Source: Dehalococcoidia bacterium
GTDB taxonomy: Bacteria; Chloroflexota; Dehalococcoidia; Lucifugimonadales; UBA2985
NCBI GenBank assembly: GCA_965263185.1
Contig: OZ253588.1
Location: 1,863,369 to 1,927,368, forward strand
Length of the DNA: 64,000 nt
Direction: 5' to 3'
Shown here: piece by piece, positions 19,058 through 29,657 of the stretch
How positions within the stretch are numbered: the first letter of the stretch is position 1
Layout: every line of letters begins with the position of its first letter
Notes under the pieces: model-generated
The model's database searches: none
What the model was told of the DNA's origin: nothing
The model's input: the letters and a program-made list of their open reading frames with translations, nothing else
Program-made: the position numbers and the translations under genes

Positions 19058-21847
19058 CTAGCGTTCCGATTCCTCCACCGACACCTGTTCTTGGAGACCT
19101 AGATCTGTGAGAGCTTGCCGCAACTCCAACTGGAAGCCTTGGGCCATACCAGCATCGACGCTAACTGAGAACTCGATGCCGACGCTCAAGCCATCTCCAG
19201 AGCGCAGCTTGGGCAGGATTCTCGTGCCGAGCCGGTTCCAGACCTCTGGTGGTACAGTGCCCCTAAGCTTTAGAGTGGTCTTTCGGCCTATGGGCGGGAC
19301 AGGTGGTACATGGGGGTCGGTTGGGGAGTCATCTGGCCCCGTTGGTGGCTCCACCGGGGGGGGTGGGGGCTCAATTGGAATCTGCGTCCCGCCTTCCTGG
19401 GCCGCCCGGAGTTGCTCAGCCTTGGCCTTGGTCAGTAGAAAGACCCCTGACTCAAAGGCTACCTCCTCCGCTCCTACCGGCTCTTTGTACCACACCCTCT
19501 CGTATTCGCCGTCACCCTTGTCTCCCGAAGCCAAGCCGAAATCTCCGTCTGACACGAACTCCACAATCCGCCGTCGAAGAACGGCGTCCGGGTCCATAAG
19601 CCGAGTCAACGCGCCATTTAGGAAGCTCTGGCGGAGGCTGGTGAGCGGCCAGGCTCCCGTATCCTTGAATGCGGGCGGCCAGTGTCGGTCGATGTACCCT
19701 GCGCCAACGGACTCGTTGAGCAAGGCCCCTGACTTCAACGCGGCAATAACGCGTCCGCAGAGCGTCTCACTTCCACTTGAATGGCCGGCGCCGAGGTCAA
19801 TGACCTTCAGCCCGTCCGCCGCCTGGGCATCGCTGAGCATCACGAAACGGTATCCGCCCCACACTTCGTCCTTTGCCGCCTCCTCCGCTTCCCTGACTCT
19901 GGCCTGCACTTCGACGCGATCCGCCTGGTCGAAATCAGCGCCTAGGAAGCCTTGTGAGACCTCCTGGGCCACACGTCGCCAGGCAAGCAACAATTCGACA
20001 CACTCTCTCAGCTCACGTCCGGGCTTCTTGGCGCACCACACCAGCGCCCCGGGATAGAGTCGCGGGGACCTGCCACGCTCCCTGGTCCACCGGCCAAGGC
20101 GTTCCACAAGCTGCCCACTCCCTTGCCACTCTTCTGTTGGATCCAAGATCACCAACGTCAGCTTTGGCGTGTCCTGGACCGCGTCGCCGTCCTCTGGGAA
20201 GTGGACTATAGAAATCGTTGCGCCGCGGGCGAATTCGCCTTCCACGAGCCTGCGAACAGCAGGTTTGACCTCCGTTTCCTCGTCAAGGGAGGCGCGCCGG
20301 TCGCTGACGACCTTCCGCAACGTCGCTTGATGATGGATGCGGTAGCCGTCCGTACCGACCCTGCGCATGAAGAAGCCAGACTTCTCCAGGGCAGAGGCGG
20401 CGTTGTCTACAGTAGTCGTCTCAACATCCGGCTCGCCGAGGGCGAAGCGCAACTCCGGCAGGTGGGCCACCTTGTCCACCTGTCCGCCGGAGGACTCGAA
20501 CAGAATCGCCGTGCCAACTCTGCGGTGAATGTCCCGTAGCGCCCCCTTGGTGTCTGCGTCCAAAGCCTTGCTGTGGGCTGTCTCCCCGGCAAGGTCTGCG
20601 TCGATAGCAACGTCCAAGCGGGACTCGCCCAACTGTCCCAGGACCACGGCTCGGAACTCCGGCACATGCAGCGGGGCCGATCCTAGCGTGATGAGCGGCT
20701 CGTTCCGGGCTTGGCGGAATTGCTCCCGCGAGGCCCAGGAAATCCACTGCGCCAGCATGGCCAACGCCCCACGGGTCTGCTGAAACTGGGTGAGGGCACG
20801 CCATTTGCGCTGGAAGACGGAGAGCGTCGCCGGGTGGAACGGATAACATGATTCAAAGCGCTTCCGAAGGAAGTCCCGCCCTCTGCTGCCGGTGGCCGCC
20901 GTATCCACGGCCGTCCACTCGGATGGGAGACGTGCGCTTCGCTCGAAGCACCAGTCGGCGTAAGCCTTCGCCACATTCTGGCGTACACGGTCACTGCCCA
21001 AGCTCTCGAACAGGCGGCGGCGCACGACCTCGCTGATCTCCGACTCGTCATTGGCAATCAGGTCCCGGGCAACGCGGCGCACTACCTTGGTGATTCGGTC
21101 CTGCCATTCCTGGTCCCACTCGGTCATCTCCACCTGGCTGCGGGGCAAGCTGATGACACCGGCCACCGTGGTCGCGCCAGTCGTGGCCACAGTCAGGTTT
21201 TGCAGGAAGGCGTGGAAGGAGTCGGCCATACCCCGGTGACGGTTGACGAAGTTGAGCACCTCATCGAACAGGAGGAGCACCGGCGCGTTTGCTTCGGCGA
21301 ACACCCGGGCCAGCGCCTCGGTTCCGGGCGGCGTGTTGCGGGCGGCATCCCCCAACGCGGCGACACCCGCATCTCCTGCAAGCTGGCGGGCCAGGTCTAT
21401 CCAGGGCGTCTCCCTCCCCTCGGACGGGTCCCAGGCGTTGCCGACGAATACTCCAACTCGGGCTTCGGGAGCCTCTGCTATCCCCGCTTCTCGTAGAAGC
21501 TCCGCGACGCCAGGAAGCTCGCCAGCCTTGCGCCCGGCGTTGGCGAGATGGTAGAGGGATGCGAGGGTGTGGGTCTTGCCGCCGCCGAACTGGGTTATCA
21601 GCGTCAGGATGGGCGCGGTGTTCTCCGTCCTACCGGACAAACGCCGCAGCACCATGCCGGAGTGCTCCGTCAGCGCACGGGTGAAGCAGGTGCGGGAGAA
21701 GAACTGCGCCGGGTCGCTGTAGTCCGGTGGCGCAGTCCCAGCCACCACCTGCTCCAAGGCGATGGCGAACTCGTCCGGGCTGAAGGACCGGCCTTCGCGG
21801 ACTTCCTTCCGGAGAGTTACTACTTTGTACCAAGGGTCAAGTGCCAT
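19058..21847 (-). CDS. DUF499 AAA+ ATPase
   Basis: N-terminus PWYKVVTLRKEVREG..DEFAIAL; Walker A TQFGGGKTH; Walker B LLLFDE; ESCYPFHP. Confidence 0.9.
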   Translation of the reverse strand: MALDPWYKVVTLRKEVREGRSFSPDEFAIALEQVVAGTAPPDYSDPAQFFSRTCFTRALTEHSGMVLRRLSGRTENTAPILTLITQFGGGKTHTLASLYHLANAGRKAGELPGVAELLREAGIAEAPEARVGVFVGNAWDPSEGRETPWIDLARQLAGDAGVAALGDAARNTPPGTEALARVFAEANAPVLLLFDEVLNFVNRHRGMADSFHAFLQNLTVATTGATTVAGVISLPRSQVEMTEWDQEWQDRITKVVRRVARDLIANDESEISEVVRRRLFESLGSDRVRQNVAKAYADWCFERSARLPSEWTAVDTAATGSRGRDFLRKRFESCYPFHPATLSVFQRKWRALTQFQQTRGALAMLAQWISWASREQFRQARNEPLITLGSAPLHVPEFRAVVLGQLGESRLDVAIDADLAGETAHSKALDADTKGALRDIHRRVGTAILFESSGGQVDKVAHLPELRFALGEPDVETTTVDNAASALEKSGFFMRRVGTDGYRIHHQATLRKVVSDRRASLDEETEVKPAVRRLVEGEFARGATISIVHFPEDGDAVQDTPKLTLVILDPTEEWQGSGQLVERLGRWTRERGRSPRLYPGALVWCAKKPGRELRECVELLLAWRRVAQEVSQGFLGADFDQADRVEVQARVREAEEAAKDEVWGGYRFVMLSDAQAADGLKVIDLGAGHSSGSETLCGRVIAALKSGALLNESVGAGYIDRHWPPAFKDTGAWPLTSLRQSFLNGALTRLMDPDAVLRRRIVEFVSDGDFGLASGDKGDGEYERVWYKEPVGAEEVAFESGVFLLTKAKAEQLRAAQEGGTQIPIEPPPPPVEPPTGPDDSPTDPHVPPVPPIGRKTTLKLRGTVPPEVWNRLGTRILPKLRSGDGLSVGIEFSVSVDAGMAQGFQLELRQALTDLGLQEQVSVEESER

Positions 21848-21849
21848 TT

Positions 21850-22707
21850 CTAAACTCCAAGCTTGAGATTGACCGCTCCCAGGTAACCGCTCATAACGAA
21901 ATTACTCCAAAGCAGCTTTTCGTTCAACTGGTTGATTATCGCCCACAAGAACTCCAGTTCTCGTTCTGGGCTATGAATCCAGATCTCGCTAGGTGACACG
22001 GGAAAGCCTTGTTCGATGGCTCTCTCGACTGGGCTCTCGAACGGAAGGGAGTCAACTGCTACAAACCCTTGCCCTAGAACGAATACGCCATCGACAAACA
22101 GATGGTTAAAGAACCCGCGCTCTCCCGGATTGGTGCTCCTGAGGTCGTCTAGCCCAAAGCTATCCTCTTTCGAGACATCCATCATCCAATTGAGGACCGT
22201 TGCAATCTTTGCAGGACCTTCGTAGGCAAAGATGAATGAATAGGGACGTGGATTCTTGACCATGCCTGTAGGATTGAAGCTCTGAGGATCGAATCGCGCC
22301 AAGCTCTTGATACGCTTGGCCACTGCGGCAGCGTCTCTGACGTCCTCCTTAGTCAAACGTGATTTGATCTCTATCGTTGATGAGACGGTTTCGATGAAGA
22401 AAAGGTCGATGCCAGCCGCCAAAGGAAGTTTCGGGTATCGCTTGTTGTGTATCACTACGTCGATTTGATTCCTAATCTCCCCTTCCTTAGTTTCTCCGTC
22501 GAAGATTTCCCCGGTGCTGACTCCCCACAGGTCCGAGATATTCTGCGCCAAGAACTCCCGAATGAACGCTTCCCGGATTAGCCCTCTGTTCAGGCCATGG
22601 TGGAACGATCTTGCTGCATTGCCTTCTGCTTCAAGTCGCCTTCTGATGCGGTCGAAATGCGACCGGAACAGTGTCATTGATGCCGTTTCCCCGGGTTGAG
22701 TTGTCAC
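21850..22707 (-). CDS. DUF6602-like protein, predicted PD-(D/E)xK nuclease fold
   Basis: RGLIREAFIREFL..STGEIFD..QIDVVIHN..P...IETVSSTIEIKSRL. Confidence 0.7.
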   Translation of the reverse strand: MTTQPGETASMTLFRSHFDRIRRRLEAEGNAARSFHHGLNRGLIREAFIREFLAQNISDLWGVSTGEIFDGETKEGEIRNQIDVVIHNKRYPKLPLAAGIDLFFIETVSSTIEIKSRLTKEDVRDAAAVAKRIKSLARFDPQSFNPTGMVKNPRPYSFIFAYEGPAKIATVLNWMMDVSKEDSFGLDDLRSTNPGERGFFNHLFVDGVFVLGQGFVAVDSLPFESPVERAIEQGFPVSPSEIWIHSPERELEFLWAIINQLNEKLLWSNFVMSGYLGAVNLKLGV

Positions 22708-22790
22708 TTGGTCACAGCCTCCAACGTCGCGTCACAAAGCATGCCTTCCTCGCTTATCTGAGAAAGGTGGGTGCGCTGACTTTGGCTAAG

Positions 22791-24493
22791 CCCGAATCCA
22801 CCGAAGGAGGGCGTCGGGTCAACGTCCTGAAGTGGCCAAAGGGCACTCCTCTGAATCTGGGATAATGGTTTTGTAACAACAAACCAGTCCCGGAAAAGGA
22901 GCACCCAATAGATGCTACCACGCCACCAACCCGACCGCATCCGCATCGCCTTCGACGACCACCGCCTGGTGGCCAATGCCGGGCTGATCCTTCCAGCCAC
23001 CCTCGCCCTGCGCCTTGGCCTGCCCCAACTGGTTGACCGGCGCCTGGACCTGGGCCATGCAAAAGGCAGAGCCAACACCGGTGACAAGATGATGACGCTG
23101 GTGGCCTCCGCCCTAGCCGGCGGAGATTGCATCGACGACGCCGATGTGCTGCGCGCCGGCGGGACCGCCCGCGTGCTCGGTTTCACGGCTAAGGCTCCCT
23201 CCACCCTGGGCGCCTTCCTGCGCAGCTTCAGGTGGGGCCATGTCCGCCAACTGGACCGGGTGAGCCGCGAGTTGCTGGCACGGGCATGGCAGGCCGGAGC
23301 CGGACCCGGCGACGCACCCTTGACTATCGACCTCGATTCCACCATCTGCGAGACCTACGGACTGGCCAAGGAGGGCGCCCGCCACCACGGCTACACCGGT
23401 GCGCGGGGCTATCACCCACTGCTGGCCGTCGCCGCCGGAACCGGAGACGTGCTGATGGCCCGCCTGCGCGAGGGCCGCGCCAACACTGCCCGCGGCGCAG
23501 CCCACTTCCTGCGTGAAACGGTGGGGCGGGTGCGCTACGCCGGGGCCAGGGGACAACTCACGGCGCGGGCCGACAGCGGCTTCTACGCTCATAGCGTGGT
23601 ATCCGTCTGCCGCAAGATGGATGTCCGCTTCTCCATCACCCTCCGCCAGTACAAAAGCCTGCACAATGTCATCGAGGCCATACCAGAAGAGGACTGGACT
23701 CCCATTCCCTACTGGATGGACGGCGCCGCCGATGTAGCCGAGACGACTTACACCCCCTTCCAGAGTGAGCCCGACGCCGCGCCGGCGCGGCTCATCGTCC
23801 GGCGGGTGAAGCCCACGCCCGGTTCCCAGTTGGCCCTCTTCGCCACCTACAGCTATCACGGCTTCATCACCGACCGCGATGGGGAGATGCTGGAACTGGA
23901 GGCTGATCATCGCCGTCACGCCGAGATCGAGAATGCGATACGCGACCTCAAGTACGGCGTCGGACTGAACCACATGCCGTCCGGCCGCTTCGCCGCCAAC
24001 GGCGCCTGGCTGGCGGTACAGGTGATGGCACACAACCTGGCCCGCTGGACAGCCCGCATCGGCCTGGGTCAGCAGATCGTGACCACCAAGACCCTCAGAC
24101 GACGGGTCTTTGCCTTGGCCGGACGGATCACCCGCTCGGCACGCCGATTGACCCTGCATCTTCCCCGGCGCTGGCCCTGGGAGGAGCAGTTCAGCCGCGC
24201 CCTGGCCCGGCTGCGAGCCATTCCACTCCCAGCCTGACGGCGCCCTCCGCCACTGACCCAACGTCCCCGCCAACTCGCACCAACCAGCTCCGCGGGAGTT
24301 CCCTGCTGCTTATTCCCTGGCCATCCGCACATCGCAGCTCCCCCAGATCGCCATTGGGACCCTGTGCGACAACTAAAGACCCCCCGCCGACCTCCCATCT
24401 ACCCCAATCGAGCCCGGACCATCGCTTTTGTAACTTCGAGGCCTCCTTCCAGTGTCCTCACGCCGTCCATCCGTGTCCATCGGTGGATTCGGG
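22791..24493 (+). mobile_element. IS1380-family copy 1 (transposase 22912-24237)
   Basis: TIR CCCGAATCCACCGA; 5-bp TSD CTAAG at 22786 and 24494; DLDST, RADSG, AEIENAIRDLK motifs. Confidence 0.93.
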
Positions 24494-24528
24494 CTAAGGA
24501 CAAGAATCGGTTTGCCTCCACACGTCCT

Positions 24529-24885
24529 TTAGGAGCTTGGCGGATGTGATATCCTGATTCTCCCGCCGCGTATAGTTACTACCGCACGTTCTTCCATTGC
24601 CTGGCGATGCCGTTCGATTACTTCAGCGACCAGCGCTATGCGTTGCTCGGCTGGCACGTCCGGCAACCGGACCAGTCCAGCGTGTGAGATATCGTGCAGG
24701 TAGATCAACTCACCAAAGTCGGTATCTATCGTAATCAGGACACGGTCCGTCGATTCCGCCAGCTCCAACAAAGTCTTGTCGCCAGGGTCAGGGCCCAAGG
24801 TCCTAGCCTCGATCACATCATGTCCGTCATTGCGGAGCCACTCCGCCAATCGGCGTCCCGCGCAACGATCTACAAGAAACCTCAT
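24529..24885 (-). CDS. DUF5615 PIN-like toxin
   Basis: MRFLVDRC..DKTLLELAE..RVLITIDTDFGEL; ATGA overlap with the upstream antitoxin. Confidence 0.85.
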   Translation of the reverse strand: MRFLVDRCAGRRLAEWLRNDGHDVIEARTLGPDPGDKTLLELAESTDRVLITIDTDFGELIYLHDISHAGLVRLPDVPAEQRIALVAEVIERHRQAMEERAVVTIRGGRIRISHPPSS

Positions 24886-25133
24886 GCTTCAGAAACCGAG
24901 ACCGGAGCAAGCGTGTCCCCTGCTATGACTGTGTGGGCATAGGCTATGCAGGCGCGGATGTCTTCAGGTTCCAATTCAGGGTAATCATCCAACACCTCCT
25001 GCTGGGTAACTCCCTGGCTCAGGAGGCTCAGAATGAGTTCTACGGATATCCGCATATCACGGATGATCGGCTTCCCGCCAAATACGTCGGGGCGGGCCGT
25101 GATGCGCTCTAGGAGTTTCCCGTTACCTGACAT
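24882..25133 (-). CDS. DUF433 antitoxin
   Basis: RITARPDVFGGKPIIRDMRISVELIL..YPELEPEDIRACIAYA. Confidence 0.9.
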   Translation of the reverse strand: MSGNGKLLERITARPDVFGGKPIIRDMRISVELILSLLSQGVTQQEVLDDYPELEPEDIRACIAYAHTVIAGDTLAPVSVSEA

Positions 25134-25176
25134 GTCTTCCCTCCTGGACGAGAGTATTTGCCTTCATTGAGCCTTC

Positions 25177-28100
25177 TCACCGCGGCACAGCCAGCAGCAT
25201 AGCGTCCAGCAGGCGCTTTTCCTCGCTGCCGCGAGGGTAGAGCGCTGTCAGGGCGTTGGCGAGGCGCAGAAAGTCGGGGCTGCGCTCCTGTTCAGCCCGC
25301 AGCAGGTTTCGTAGGGCCTGGCTGCGGCCCGACGCCTGCAACAGCATCGCGGCGTGGACCCGGTCCAGCGTCGTCGCTGACAGCGTAGGCTCTATACCGT
25401 CAGCCGTCACCGTCCCTGGTCTTCCGCGCCGCCGTGCCCGTCCCCGCACGGCAGGCGGCTCTTCCGGAAACAGGCTCAGTTGGAGAGAGGCGTTCGATGT
25501 GGCGTCCATCTCATCGGCTGCTGCGGCAACGCCAGACTCCCCAAAGAGTTGTTTCCCCCGCTCCGTGATGGGCAACAGCCGCACGACACCCTTCTCCGTC
25601 CTGATGATGCGTGACTCCCAGTCGTCTAGGTGGATCCCCAGGGGCTGGGCGAACCGACGCGCCACGTCGAAGGGCAGGCTGAATCCCGATGCTTGCTTGC
25701 GGGGCGTCTCGTCCTCTTCCGCCTCGTCATTCTCCTCGTCGTCGGGTTCAACCCCGTTGTCTGAGGAAGCGCCTTCCGACGTGCTCTGCATCGTCCAGAG
25801 GAACAGCGCCGTCAGGCGTGAGTCCTCCTCCAGTGCCCCCGCTGCCCCGTTGCGCGCCTGTGCCTCTGCCGTCCCCAGCACCTGCTCCAACGCCTCACGC
25901 CCTACCACCTCCCACACCCTCTCCAGGTACTCCGGAAGGTTGATCTCGCGGCCCTCCGCCGTCTCCACGCGAGAGTAGCGACTGTATATCTCCAATGCTG
26001 GTCCGACACAGGCGAACACCAAATCCGCGCCTCGGATGCCCTCGCCCTGCAGTCGCTGCATCCAGTCGGCGACGCGCTCCGGTAGCTTGCGGAGCACGTC
26101 CGGCCAATCGCCGACCGGGGCGTCCTCGGGCCGTGGGCGGCAGATGAGATGAACGCTGGTCGCCAAAGATGCAGTGTCTCGTGCGTTGATCCGAGAGGCA
26201 GATTCCGTAGCAATGGGCCAAGAGCCGGTCACCGTCCAGCCTCCTTTGACCATGCCGGCGAGCAGGGCTTCCCATCCTTCAGTGGTCTTGTGGGCAAAAA
26301 CGACAGAGCCGATGCCGTCCTCACTCAGGACGCGACGACCCTCCGCAAACACCTTTGCAATTGTATCCTCAAAGAATGCTGCATCCTTGGGTCGCCCCTC
26401 ATATTCATGGGATTGATTCCAGACGCATTCTTGGGTCTTAGGTGAAAGCGTATTGGTTGTATCAAAGGGGTCGCGTAGTAAAGGATGTCGTGGCAATGTG
26501 CGATTAAGCCAAACAAGAAAGAAGTCAGAGAGGTCTGCATAGGGAATCGCATCATAGTAGGGAGGATCAGTAAACCAGACTCCAGCTGCTTGATCAGGTA
26601 GGGGATGATTGGTTGCATCGGCAAGCTGAAGCTGGCCTAAGATGGCAGAGCGGCTGAATTCTACAACTTCGCAAACTCCACCAACACTTGATAGAAACAC
26701 TCCCCTCGCGTTGCTCTTTGGTGTAGATTCACAGAAATCCCACACTATAGGAAGAGCTTGGCGCGCAAAAACGTTTACCGGGTTTTCTGCAGTGCTTTCC
26801 CATCGAGCGAGCGAGTTATTCCCATCAGCCATCTTACCTAAGAGCAACGCGGTCAGTTCCTGAATAACACCTACTGATGGGTTCGCCATCGTCCCTACAA
26901 ACTTCACTAAGGCCGCTTTCTGTCTCGCTGTGAACAGGTCGCCGAAACTTGCCATTCCGTAGCGGGTCACAGCTGAGAGCCCTCGCGCGTTAGGGGAAGG
27001 ACGTATCGGGTTGAGCGGCTCGTCCGGTACAGGGCAGAGGCCTTGCCTACCGCCGCGCTCCCATTCATCCAGCATCTCTGCCACTCGCTCTTGCGCCCGG
27101 CGTACCGCAGCGTAGTCGGCATTAGTGGGCAGCCGATAGTGGCGTCCCTGCTCGCCAGGTTTCAAGGTCACCACCGCCGTCATGCGCGCCCCGCCGGTGC
27201 GGTTGCCCTGCTGGTCGAACACGGTGTCGGCACCGCCTCGCAGTACGGATAGCTGGGAGCGCACGCGCTCCGGCGGCAGCACGGCTCCACAGCAGGCGCA
27301 TGTTGCCCTGGCGCGTGACACAGTGCCAGCTGCCACCTCTCTATCGGACTCCGGCTCAAATATCTCGAGATCGATATACGGTGGCTGGTCGTTTGGCCGC
27401 TTCACCTCAGTCCGCAACGCCCATTTGCGGTTGGGCTTCCGGCACAGCCACATGGAACGCATCAGGGGAATCTCCGCGCCGCAGTTTGGCGACTCGCATC
27501 GCACCGTCCGCGCCCACAGGTAGGCGATGGGCGTCGCCCCGTCCGGGTCCTTGGGGTAGAGGTCTGCCAACTCCTTCTCGGCCTTCGCCTTGATTTCCTG
27601 TCCGACCTTGCGGAGCTCCTCAGCGAGTCTTGGCCCATGCCGGGGGATGTCCTCCAGCATCACCTTGAGGATGAGGCAGGCGACGGGATTGAGGTCGCTG
27701 GCGAAGGTCTCGCAGCCCAACCTCAGGGCTTCCAGGGGGATCGAGCCGCCCCCGGCGAAGGGGTCCACCACGAGGGGCGTCTCCTCCGGGTGAGCGGCCC
27801 GCACCAGTGCCCGGCCAGTCTCCACGTACTCCGCCTTGGCTGCGTTGTCCCAGTTGGCAAAGTCGGCGATGAACTTGAGCAGCGCTCGCCGCAAACCTTC
27901 GTCCGTCTTGACCTGTTCGTTCCAGCCGGATGGCCTGGTCTTCATCCCCAGCAGTGCTCGCCGTGCATCAGTCTTGAACGACGGCGGGCAGTTGGCGTCG
28001 CACGGGTCCGGCAGCAGCAACGCCATCAGCACCGCCCGCGACGACGCCAGTGGTCGCCGCGCCCACCATAGGTGCAGCGTCGAGGGGTGCCCATGCCGTA

Positions 28101-28185
28101 TCGACTTCTCCCGCGCTGCGTGCCGCGACACTTCCGCGATGGGAAAATCAACTTCGGCCAGGCGCTTGCATTCTTTGGGGATCAT
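25177..28185 (-). CDS. DUF1156 adenine-specific DNA methyltransferase
   Basis: TLHLWWARRPL (DUF1156), motif I DPFAGGGSIP, motif IV FTDPPYYD. Confidence 0.92.
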   Translation of the reverse strand: MIPKECKRLAEVDFPIAEVSRHAAREKSIRHGHPSTLHLWWARRPLASSRAVLMALLLPDPCDANCPPSFKTDARRALLGMKTRPSGWNEQVKTDEGLRRALLKFIADFANWDNAAKAEYVETGRALVRAAHPEETPLVVDPFAGGGSIPLEALRLGCETFASDLNPVACLILKVMLEDIPRHGPRLAEELRKVGQEIKAKAEKELADLYPKDPDGATPIAYLWARTVRCESPNCGAEIPLMRSMWLCRKPNRKWALRTEVKRPNDQPPYIDLEIFEPESDREVAAGTVSRARATCACCGAVLPPERVRSQLSVLRGGADTVFDQQGNRTGGARMTAVVTLKPGEQGRHYRLPTNADYAAVRRAQERVAEMLDEWERGGRQGLCPVPDEPLNPIRPSPNARGLSAVTRYGMASFGDLFTARQKAALVKFVGTMANPSVGVIQELTALLLGKMADGNNSLARWESTAENPVNVFARQALPIVWDFCESTPKSNARGVFLSSVGGVCEVVEFSRSAILGQLQLADATNHPLPDQAAGVWFTDPPYYDAIPYADLSDFFLVWLNRTLPRHPLLRDPFDTTNTLSPKTQECVWNQSHEYEGRPKDAAFFEDTIAKVFAEGRRVLSEDGIGSVVFAHKTTEGWEALLAGMVKGGWTVTGSWPIATESASRINARDTASLATSVHLICRPRPEDAPVGDWPDVLRKLPERVADWMQRLQGEGIRGADLVFACVGPALEIYSRYSRVETAEGREINLPEYLERVWEVVGREALEQVLGTAEAQARNGAAGALEEDSRLTALFLWTMQSTSEGASSDNGVEPDDEENDEAEEDETPRKQASGFSLPFDVARRFAQPLGIHLDDWESRIIRTEKGVVRLLPITERGKQLFGESGVAAAADEMDATSNASLQLSLFPEEPPAVRGRARRRGRPGTVTADGIEPTLSATTLDRVHAAMLLQASGRSQALRNLLRAEQERSPDFLRLANALTALYPRGSEEKRLLDAMLLAVPR

Positions 28186-28202
28186 TTGAAGCTTAGCCTA
28201 CC

Positions 28203-29657
28203 TCAAAACACTTCGGTGCTAGACGGTGGAGCATTGGTTCTTGAACGTGTCAATTCACGACTATTGCTAGTGTACTCCACACCGCGTATGTCCAATACTA
28301 CAATACTATCTAAGTCCAAACGCAGAGCAGGTTCATCGTAGGACATCGGGTCGTCATCATCTCCCAAACCATCCTCACTCCATTCAGGCACTTGCTCGAT
28401 CATAGGCAACTTTGAAGGCGGGGTGGTCCTGACGTACTCCAGTATAGATATTCCGTCGTCGTCATCTGTGTCCTCCCTGACAGGAGGTACATTTATCCTA
28501 AAGTTAACTATATGGGATTGATCGCGCGGTTCCACTCTACAAGCGTGGTTGAATAACACCACGTTGCGGCCGTCCCCACCTGTCTGTGATGAAGTGTAGA
28601 TCATACCGTCAAGGCGCGGCTCCACTTTGTTCGCTAGATATTCCGCTACGACCTGAGTGGTGAGGTATTCTACGGCCTCGTCCTGTGGCATCACAGGTTG
28701 GCTCAACTCGCTTACCAAGTCTCTTAGGAATTCCGCACGCGCTTTGCGTACGCCGTATTCGGGGTCAAAGTAGCTTCCTCCTACGTAAACCTCCTTCAGC
28801 GTGAGCAAGTCAAGCAGGCGCATAGGTCGCAACATCTCGAACTTGGCCAAAACGACGTAGCTACCCACCGGAGGACGGATCTCCGAGATGCAGGTGGATT
28901 TGTCCATAGCTCCGTAAAATACGGGAATGCCTTGGGCGTTCATCCTCCCACTCCTAGTCAGTCTTGATGGCGGTGGGCCAATTTGACTGGCAGGCGAAAT
29001 CAGCATTGCCTTGAGTTCAAGAGTAGACAGGGCCTGGCGCGCTCGCCAAATGAACCTGTTTTCGTCCTCTGGGCCAATTTCAAGGACTACTGGCCGACTG
29101 GGATATGCCCTGAGGGAGTTCAAGTCACCAAATATATCGTGCAGCATCCGTTCGGTGCTTCTGCTGAAGAACCTTGTCCGAGAACGGATTTCGGTACGAA
29201 ATGCATTCCAGGTCTCAGGGAACTTCCAGTCGTCGGTACTGGACTCCTCGTAGAACGCATCAGAGTCATATGGATTCTCTTCTCCCTCTCTCATAGCCTC
29301 ATATTGATAGCGGCCAAAGAGTAATGCACACACGTCGCCTGCTACCTGTTCGGTAAGGCCTGCAATGTCGGCAATAACACCCTCCACAGGCTGGCCTTCT
29401 CTATACCACTCCACTAGACGCTCACGCATTAACGCGTAATCCAAGGCGTCCGGCTCACTTGGAGTGAGTTCGAAATGTTCTTCCAGAACTGCATGGGTAA
29501 GATTGGCTAATTCCTCTAGCGTCAGCACCCCGCGCGTCTTACCACAGTAATTGCATTTGTCCGAAGTCCCTTCCTTTTTCACCTCGTCGGCCAGGAACTG
29601 GTCACCAATGCAGGTATGGCATATATGCTTAGCCTCACTGTCATGTATAGCGGTCAT
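28203..29657 (-). CDS. RES-domain protein with Cys-containing N-terminal domain
   Basis: CHTC..CNYC N-terminus; RARQ, SGRMNAQGIPVFYGA..ISEIRP, YTSSQ (R-E-S residues). Confidence 0.82.
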   Translation of the reverse strand: MTAIHDSEAKHICHTCIGDQFLADEVKKEGTSDKCNYCGKTRGVLTLEELANLTHAVLEEHFELTPSEPDALDYALMRERLVEWYREGQPVEGVIADIAGLTEQVAGDVCALLFGRYQYEAMREGEENPYDSDAFYEESSTDDWKFPETWNAFRTEIRSRTRFFSRSTERMLHDIFGDLNSLRAYPSRPVVLEIGPEDENRFIWRARQALSTLELKAMLISPASQIGPPPSRLTRSGRMNAQGIPVFYGAMDKSTCISEIRPPVGSYVVLAKFEMLRPMRLLDLLTLKEVYVGGSYFDPEYGVRKARAEFLRDLVSELSQPVMPQDEAVEYLTTQVVAEYLANKVEPRLDGMIYTSSQTGGDGRNVVLFNHACRVEPRDQSHIVNFRINVPPVREDTDDDDGISILEYVRTTPPSKLPMIEQVPEWSEDGLGDDDDPMSYDEPALRLDLDSIVVLDIRGVEYTSNSRELTRSRTNAPPSSTEVF

